A stretch of 64,000 nt of DNA from Gemmatimonadaceae bacterium (GTDB taxonomy: Bacteria > Gemmatimonadota > Gemmatimonadetes > Gemmatimonadales > Gemmatimonadaceae): contig JBBDYA010000045.1 of the NCBI GenBank assembly GCA_040902005.1, forward strand, positions 1 to 64,000, read 5' to 3'. Made by a program: the position numbers and the translations under genes. The notes beneath the pieces were generated by a model, which saw only the letters and a program-made list of their open reading frames with translations, ran no database searches and had not been told where the DNA came from. Each line of letters starts with the position of its first letter. The first letter of the stretch is position 1. Shown here piece by piece: positions 58,918 to 64,000 of this stretch.

Positions 58918-60345
58918 ATGGCTGCCGGATTTCGCGTCGAGAAGGACCCGCTCGGAGAGAAGGACGTCCCGGAAAGCGCCCTGTACGGCGTGCAGACCCT
59001 TCGCGCGATGGAGAATTTTCCGATCAGTGGCCTGCGCCCGCTCGAGCCGTTCGTACTGGCGCAGGTGTGGATCAAGAAGGCCGCCGCGCTCACGCATCGG
59101 ACCACCGGTCGCCTCGACGCGAAGCTCGCTGACGCCATCGTCAAGGCGGCGGACGAGGTGCTCGCGGGCCAGCACCGCGACAACTTCGTTGTCGACCCGT
59201 ACCAGGCCGGCGCGGGGACGTCGCACAACATGAACGTGAACGAGGTGTTGGCGAATCGCGCGAACGAACTGCTCGGCGCCAAGCGCGGGGCGTACGCGCC
59301 GGTGCATCCCAACGATCACGTGAACATGGCGCAGAGCACCAACGACACCATCCCGACGAACATCCGGCTGGCGTGCCTGTCCCGGCTGGATGCGCTGTCC
59401 ACCGCCTTCAACGGATTGCGCGACGCGCTCGGCGTTAAGGCGCGGGAGTTCGACGACGTGGTCAAGGCCGGACGCACGCATCTGCAGGATGCCATGCCGA
59501 TCCGCCTTGGCCAGGAGTTCGCCGCGTATGCGGGGTCTCTGGAGCGCGGCATGCGCCGCGTGCGCGAGGCGGCGGACTACCTGCGCGATCTCGGCATCGG
59601 CGGCAGCGCCGTGGGCACCGGCGTCACCGTCGAGAAGGAGTATCCGGCGCTGATGAACACGCACCTCAAGGCGATCACGAAGCTCGACCTCCGGGTGGGC
59701 GAGGATCGCATCCAGCTCATGCAGAGCATGGGTGATGTCGCCGGGTTCAGCGCAGCGCTCCGCGTGCTGGCCCTGGACCTCAGCAAGATCGCGAGCGACC
59801 TGCGCCTGATGGCGATGGGGCCCCGGACCGGAATCGACGAGATCCGCCTGCCCGCGGTGCAGCCCGGCTCGTCGATCATGCCGGGGAAGGTGAATCCCTC
59901 GATTCCCGAAATGGTCAACCAGGTGTGCTTCCAGGTGGTGGGGTGCGATACCACGGTGTCCATGTCGGCGGAGCACGGCCAGCTCGAGCTGAACGTCATG
60001 ATGCCCGTCATCGCGTTCAACGTGCTGCTGTCGATGCAGATTCTCACGAATGCCGCCACCATCCTCGCGGACAAGTGCGTGACGGGGATCGAGGCCAATC
60101 GCGCGATGAATGCCTACTGGGTGGAGCGCTCGGCCGCCCTCGCGACGGCGCTGGCGCCGCAGATCGGCTACGCCCGCGCGGCGGAAATCAGCAAGCGCTC
60201 CGTCAAGGAGGGAGTGCTGATTCGCGATCTCGTGCGGCAGGAGGGGTTGCTGCCCGAGGATCAGATTGACGACGTGCTCGACCTCAGGAAGATGACGGAG
60301 ATCGGCGTCCCGGGCGGCAGCCATGGCGCCGTGGCGGCCGGATAG
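58918..60345 (+). CDS. aspA: Aspartate ammonia-lyase (fumarase/aspartase family)
   Basis: GSSIMPGKVNP followed by AspA-like PEMVNQVCF; GAGTSHNMN; GGAGG RBS. Confidence 0.8.
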   Translation: MAAGFRVEKDPLGEKDVPESALYGVQTLRAMENFPISGLRPLEPFVLAQVWIKKAAALTHRTTGRLDAKLADAIVKAADEVLAGQHRDNFVVDPYQAGAGTSHNMNVNEVLANRANELLGAKRGAYAPVHPNDHVNMAQSTNDTIPTNIRLACLSRLDALSTAFNGLRDALGVKAREFDDVVKAGRTHLQDAMPIRLGQEFAAYAGSLERGMRRVREAADYLRDLGIGGSAVGTGVTVEKEYPALMNTHLKAITKLDLRVGEDRIQLMQSMGDVAGFSAALRVLALDLSKIASDLRLMAMGPRTGIDEIRLPAVQPGSSIMPGKVNPSIPEMVNQVCFQVVGCDTTVSMSAEHGQLELNVMMPVIAFNVLLSMQILTNAATILADKCVTGIEANRAMNAYWVERSAALATALAPQIGYARAAEISKRSVKEGVLIRDLVRQEGLLPEDQIDDVLDLRKMTEIGVPGGSHGAVAAG

Positions 60346-60366
60346 TCAATCCGTTATCGTGCATTC

Positions 60367-60867
60367 GTGCGCATCACCACGCTCGCCGAGTACGGCGTCA
60401 TCTGCGCGCTCCATCTGGCCAGGCGCGTCGGGGAGGGACCGGTCACCAGCCGCGACATCGCGGAACGCGAGCGGCTCCCGGTGGACTATGTCGAGCAGAT
60501 TCTGCTGCGCCTTCGCCGGGCCGACATCGTCAAGAGCACGCGTGGCGCCCGTGGCGGCTACGTGCTGGCGCGCGCTCCCGAATCGGTTTCCGTGCGCGAC
60601 GTGATCGCCGCCTCGGAGCTGCAGACGTTCGATCTGCATTGCGTGACGCATCCGGTCGAAGAGGAACGGTGTTCCGCCGCGCATGCATGCAGCATCCGGC
60701 CCGTGTGGGTCTTGCTCCAGCAGAAGATCGATGCGGTGCTCGACAGCGTTCGACTGTCGGACCTGCTGCACGGCGAGAGCGAAGTGCGGGAACGCGTGGG
60801 ATTGCCGGCGGCTGATCCCGTGCCGGCTGCCAGCGCGCGCGGACTCCCGATTCTTCAGGCGCGCTGA
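60367..60867 (+). CDS. Rrf2-family transcriptional regulator with three Cys (IscR-like)
   Basis: YVEQI, STRGARGGY and C-x9-C-x5-C. Confidence 0.9.
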   Translation: MRITTLAEYGVICALHLARRVGEGPVTSRDIAERERLPVDYVEQILLRLRRADIVKSTRGARGGYVLARAPESVSVRDVIAASELQTFDLHCVTHPVEEERCSAAHACSIRPVWVLLQQKIDAVLDSVRLSDLLHGESEVRERVGLPAADPVPAASARGLPILQAR

Positions 60868-60881
60868 TCAGCCGGGGCGCC

Positions 60882-61442
60882 ATGCCGTTCTTCCCCCGCT
60901 GGCGCGCGGCCCGCCAACTGCAGCGCAAGGCGTCGCAATTCGTTGCGGCACTCGTGGCCGAGCCGTCGACCGTTGACGTGGAGTGGCTCGCGGCGACGGC
61001 AACGCGGGGAGACGAGGATCATGCCCAGTGGGAGCTCCGATACGCCCGGCGGGCGATCGGACTGCTCGTCGCGCAGCGGGATGCCCTCGACGATCGCACA
61101 GGGTCGATCGTCGCGCGCGTGCTGACCGAGGCGTTCGAGCGCGATCCGAGGATCGACGAGGAGCGACGGCATCTCGCGGAGCGGCAGTTCAATGCCCGGC
61201 TGAGCGCCTATCGCGACGCGCTCGGCGCGAAAGCGTCGGGCGCCACCGTGCGTCTCGGCCAGACACTGTTGGCGTTCTCCGGTGGGTCCTTTCGCGACGC
61301 GGACGCGAATGTGAAGCGGGGAGGCGAGGTGTTGGCCGGGTACGAACGGGAGGCGAACGCCGCCCTTCGCGAAGTCTTTGGCGTGGCAACGTTGCCGGAG
61401 CACGTGCCACCGTCGGCCGTGGCGGGTGATCGCGCCACCTGA
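60882..61442 (+). CDS. Hypothetical protein
   Basis: ORF fills the gap, GGGG RBS-like sequence, helical composition. Confidence 0.65.
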   Translation: MPFFPRWRAARQLQRKASQFVAALVAEPSTVDVEWLAATATRGDEDHAQWELRYARRAIGLLVAQRDALDDRTGSIVARVLTEAFERDPRIDEERRHLAERQFNARLSAYRDALGAKASGATVRLGQTLLAFSGGSFRDADANVKRGGEVLAGYEREANAALREVFGVATLPEHVPPSAVAGDRAT

Positions 61443-61449
61443 CGCCTGG

Positions 61450-61477
61450 AAAAAACGCGGCCCTGGAGGGGGCCGCG
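61450..61477 (-). terminator. Intrinsic terminator of tRNA-Leu
   Basis: CGCGGCCC/GGGCCGCG stem with a T6 tail on the minus strand. Confidence 0.8.
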
Positions 61478-61484
61478 CTCTCGA

Positions 61485-61568
61485 TGCCGAAGGTCGGACT
61501 CGAACCGACACGGGCTTGCGCCCACTGCGCCCTGAACGCAGCGCGTCTACCAATTCCACCACTCCGGC
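61485..61568 (-). tRNA. tRNA-Leu(CAG)
   Basis: GCCGGAG/CTTCGGC acceptor; CTGCG-TTCAGGG-CGCAG anticodon arm; long variable arm GGGC-GCAA-GCCC. Confidence 0.97.
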
Positions 61569-61578
61569 GTGGACAGGC

Positions 61579-61607
61579 AACGTAGTTTTTGAACGACGTA
61601 AAGTCAA
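61579..61607 (-). promoter_or_regulatory. Sigma70 promoter of tRNA-Leu
   Basis: Minus strand TTGACT-N17-TACGTT, 10 nt before the tRNA 5' end. Confidence 0.7.
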
Positions 61608-61621
61608 CGCGGATAGGCACT

Positions 61622-62098
61622 TTGAAGCCCAACGAGTCATGGCCGGACGAGATAATCTCGGTGGCGCGGAACAAGCGCGCCCGTTTCGATTACCACCTCA
61701 TGCAGACCTTCGAGGCGGGCATCGTTCTGTCGGGCACGGAGGTGAAGTCGCTGCGAAAAGGCAAGGCGAACATCGGTGATGCGTACGGGGTGTTGCGGGA
61801 CGGCGAAGTGTTCCTGCTCAACGCGCACATTCCCCCGTATGACCAAGGGGGATACGTGAACCACGAGCCCACCCGGAGCCGCAAACTGTTGCTCCACCGC
61901 CGGGAAATCAGTCGTCTGATTGGCTCCGTGGAGCGTCAGGGGCTCACCCTGATCCCGCTGGAGCTGTACTTCAAGAACGGCAAGGCGAAAGTGGCTCTGG
62001 CGTTGGGCAAGGGAAAGAAGGTTCATGACAAGCGCGATACTGAAAAACAACGAGACGCCGAGCGTGAAATGGCGCGAGTAGGACGGGCACGACGATGA
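61622..62098 (+). CDS. smpB: SsrA-binding protein (start uncertain)
   Basis: NKRARFDY, EAGIVLSGTEVKSLR, RKLLLH and GKKVHDKR. Confidence 0.93.
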   Translation: MKPNESWPDEIISVARNKRARFDYHLMQTFEAGIVLSGTEVKSLRKGKANIGDAYGVLRDGEVFLLNAHIPPYDQGGYVNHEPTRSRKLLLHRREISRLIGSVERQGLTLIPLELYFKNGKAKVALALGKGKKVHDKRDTEKQRDAEREMARVGRARR

Positions 62099-62943
62099 TC
62101 ACCATGATGCTGGTTGCCGCGCTGCAGGTGGCCTCGGCGACGCCGTCGGTGGCGAAGCCGACGGCGGTCGCGCGGCCGCAGGCGGCGGCCGTGCGTCAGG
62201 CCCCGCCGCGCGCGCACCGCGTGGTGGTGGACGCCGGTCACGGCGGGGTGGACCCTGGCTCGGGGATGCGAGGGAGCGGTCTGGTGCACGAGAAGGACAT
62301 CGCCCTGCAGGTCTCCCTGAAACTCGGCGAGCTGCTGGCACAACGCGGCGTGGACGTGATCTACACACGCAAGACCGACACGCTCATTGCGCGGGCGGAT
62401 CGCGGCCGCATCGCCAACCAGGCGAACGGGGATGTCTTCATTTCCATTCATGTCAACGCCGCCAATCCCGGCTGGCGCGACGCCAGCGCGGCACGCGGAT
62501 TCGAGACGTGGTTCCTTGGTGTGGCCAAGACCGAGGATGCGCGTCGCGTGGAGGAGATGGAGGAATCGTCGGGACGGTTCGAAACCGGGACGGGCCGTGG
62601 CGCGTCGGATCCGCTGGATTTCATCGTGAACGACATGCTGCAGAACGAGTACCTCCGGGAATCCTCCGACCTGGCGGCGACCATCCAGCGCGGCTTGAAG
62701 CAGATGCATCCGGGTCCCGACCGCGGCGTCAAGCAGGCGGAGTTCACCGTGCTGGTGACGGCGTTCATGCCCGCCGTGCTCGTGGAGATCGGTTTCGGCA
62801 CGAATCCCCAGGAAGCCGCGTTCCTTCGATCGCAGTCGAAGCAGCGCGCCCTGGCGGCCGCCGTGGCTGACGCCACGATGGAGTATCTCGAGCGGTACCA
62901 GCGCCGGGTGAGCGGAGGGTCCGCCAGCACCGCGCATGAGTGA
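62095..62943 (+). CDS. N-acetylmuramoyl-L-alanine amidase (Amidase_3)
   Basis: DAGHGG, EKD, FISIHVN and VLVEIGF; signal peptide. Confidence 0.9.
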   Translation: MITMMLVAALQVASATPSVAKPTAVARPQAAAVRQAPPRAHRVVVDAGHGGVDPGSGMRGSGLVHEKDIALQVSLKLGELLAQRGVDVIYTRKTDTLIARADRGRIANQANGDVFISIHVNAANPGWRDASAARGFETWFLGVAKTEDARRVEEMEESSGRFETGTGRGASDPLDFIVNDMLQNEYLRESSDLAATIQRGLKQMHPGPDRGVKQAEFTVLVTAFMPAVLVEIGFGTNPQEAAFLRSQSKQRALAAAVADATMEYLERYQRRVSGGSASTAHE

Positions 62944-63880
62944 TGGCGCGCTAGCCGTCACCGCCGCCTCGCTCTCGTTTCGAAACCCGCTCGTTTTGGC
63001 TGCCGGCACGGCCGGCTACGGGCTCGAGCTGGACGACGTGATGGACCTCGGGGCCGTGGGCGGGATCGTGACCAAGGCCGTGAGCCTGGCGCCCCGCGCG
63101 GGCGCGCCCGAGCCGCGCGTCGCCGACTTCGACGGCGGGATGATCAATGCCGTCGGACTGGCGAACCCCGGATTGGCTGAAGTGTCGCGCGTGCACGTGC
63201 CGTGGCTCGCCGCGCATCATCCGGCGCTGCGCAAGCTGTTCAACGTCGTCGGATTCGCTGTCGATGAGTTCGCGGCCGTGGTGCGCGGACTCGAACTGGC
63301 GGCCGAGGCCAACTTGGGCGCTGTGGACGGCTACGAGCTCAACGTCAGCTGTCCGAACGTGAAGCAGGGCGGCACGGAGTTCGGCGCCGATCCGGCGTCA
63401 CTGCGCGCCGTGGTCTCCGGCGCTCGCGCCGCCACCCGGCGCCCCCTCTTCGTCAAGCTGTCGCCGGCGCTCCCTGACATCGCGTCCGCGGCGGCGATCG
63501 CCGCCGATGCGGGGGCCGACGGCATTTCCGTCGTGAACACGGTCCCCGGGCTGGTCATCGATGTGGAGCAGCGTCGGCCCGCGGTCGGATTCGGCACCGG
63601 GGGGGTGAGCGGACGCGCGATTCTTCCCGTGGGCGTCCTGGCAACATGGAAGGTGAGCAGGGCCGTCGCCCTGCCCGTCATGGGCATCGGCGGGGTGGGA
63701 TCCGGCTCCGATGCCATTCAATACATCATGGCCGGCGCCATGCTCGTGGGGATCGGGACCGCCGCACTTCGCGATCCGCGCGCGCCGTCACGCGTCGCGA
63801 AGGAGATGCATCGCTGGTGTGCTGCGCACGGCGTGCGATCGCTGGCCGACATTCGTGGCGCGCTCGAGTGGCCAGCATGA
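62936..63880 (+). CDS. pyrD: Dihydroorotate dehydrogenase family 1
   Basis: NAVGLANPG, LNVSCPN, VKLSP and GGVSG. Confidence 0.93.
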   Translation: MSDGALAVTAASLSFRNPLVLAAGTAGYGLELDDVMDLGAVGGIVTKAVSLAPRAGAPEPRVADFDGGMINAVGLANPGLAEVSRVHVPWLAAHHPALRKLFNVVGFAVDEFAAVVRGLELAAEANLGAVDGYELNVSCPNVKQGGTEFGADPASLRAVVSGARAATRRPLFVKLSPALPDIASAAAIAADAGADGISVVNTVPGLVIDVEQRRPAVGFGTGGVSGRAILPVGVLATWKVSRAVALPVMGIGGVGSGSDAIQYIMAGAMLVGIGTAALRDPRAPSRVAKEMHRWCAAHGVRSLADIRGALEWPA

Positions 63881-64000
63881 CGAAGGCAACGCCCATCGTG
63901 GCGCTCGATGTCGAGACCATGCGGGCGGCTCTCGCGCTGATCGACGAACTGGGCGACCTCTGCCGCTTCTACAAGATCGGGAGCGAGCTGTACTCGGCGG
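63877..64000 (+). CDS. pyrF: Orotidine-5'-phosphate decarboxylase (3'-truncated)
   Basis: MTKATPIVALDV...FYKIGSELY; ATG overlaps pyrD stop. Confidence 0.85.
   Translation, partial: MTKATPIVALDVETMRAALALIDELGDLCRFYKIGSELYSA

Noticed and set aside
61569..62100. tmRNA gene next to smpB
   Set aside because: No room and no tRNA-Ala-like ends; the neighbouring RNA is tRNA-Leu

Overview
High-GC bacterial chromosomal window. Gene content and order suggest Gemmatimonadota (inference only). It is densely coding and mostly core/metabolic; no mobile element, prophage or CRISPR array was seen. In order: 3' part of speA, a CPA2 antiporter, Mn/Fe SOD and an M15 peptidase; a glycan-utilisation-like region (GH38, Opp/Dpp-type ABC components without ATPases, heparinase II/III-family lyase) running into TrmJ, a class III aminotransferase and two amidohydrolases; an Alternative Complex III operon (actABCDEF) preceded by a perfect Rex-type operator; trxC, tRNA-Ala and an OmpR-family two-component pair; TonB-ExbB-ExbD-ExbD-TonB; a transporter block (APC, K+-dependent membrane pyrophosphatase, NhaC, two DAACS); a VTT/PLD/Ser-less hydrolase trio; an amino-sugar/peptidoglycan-salvage-like cluster; CDP-alcohol phosphotransferase plus ino1; an orphan E2, PHP, SDR, trxB, MBL hydrolase, aspA, an Rrf2 regulator, tRNA-Leu, smpB, an amidase, pyrD and the start of pyrF. 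The most notable signals are Rex-type control of an ACIII whose ActB keeps the FS0 [4Fe-4S] motif, an inositol-phospholipid gene pair, and the two uncharacterised glycan/amino-sugar clusters. All product calls come from motif recognition by eye, not database searches.
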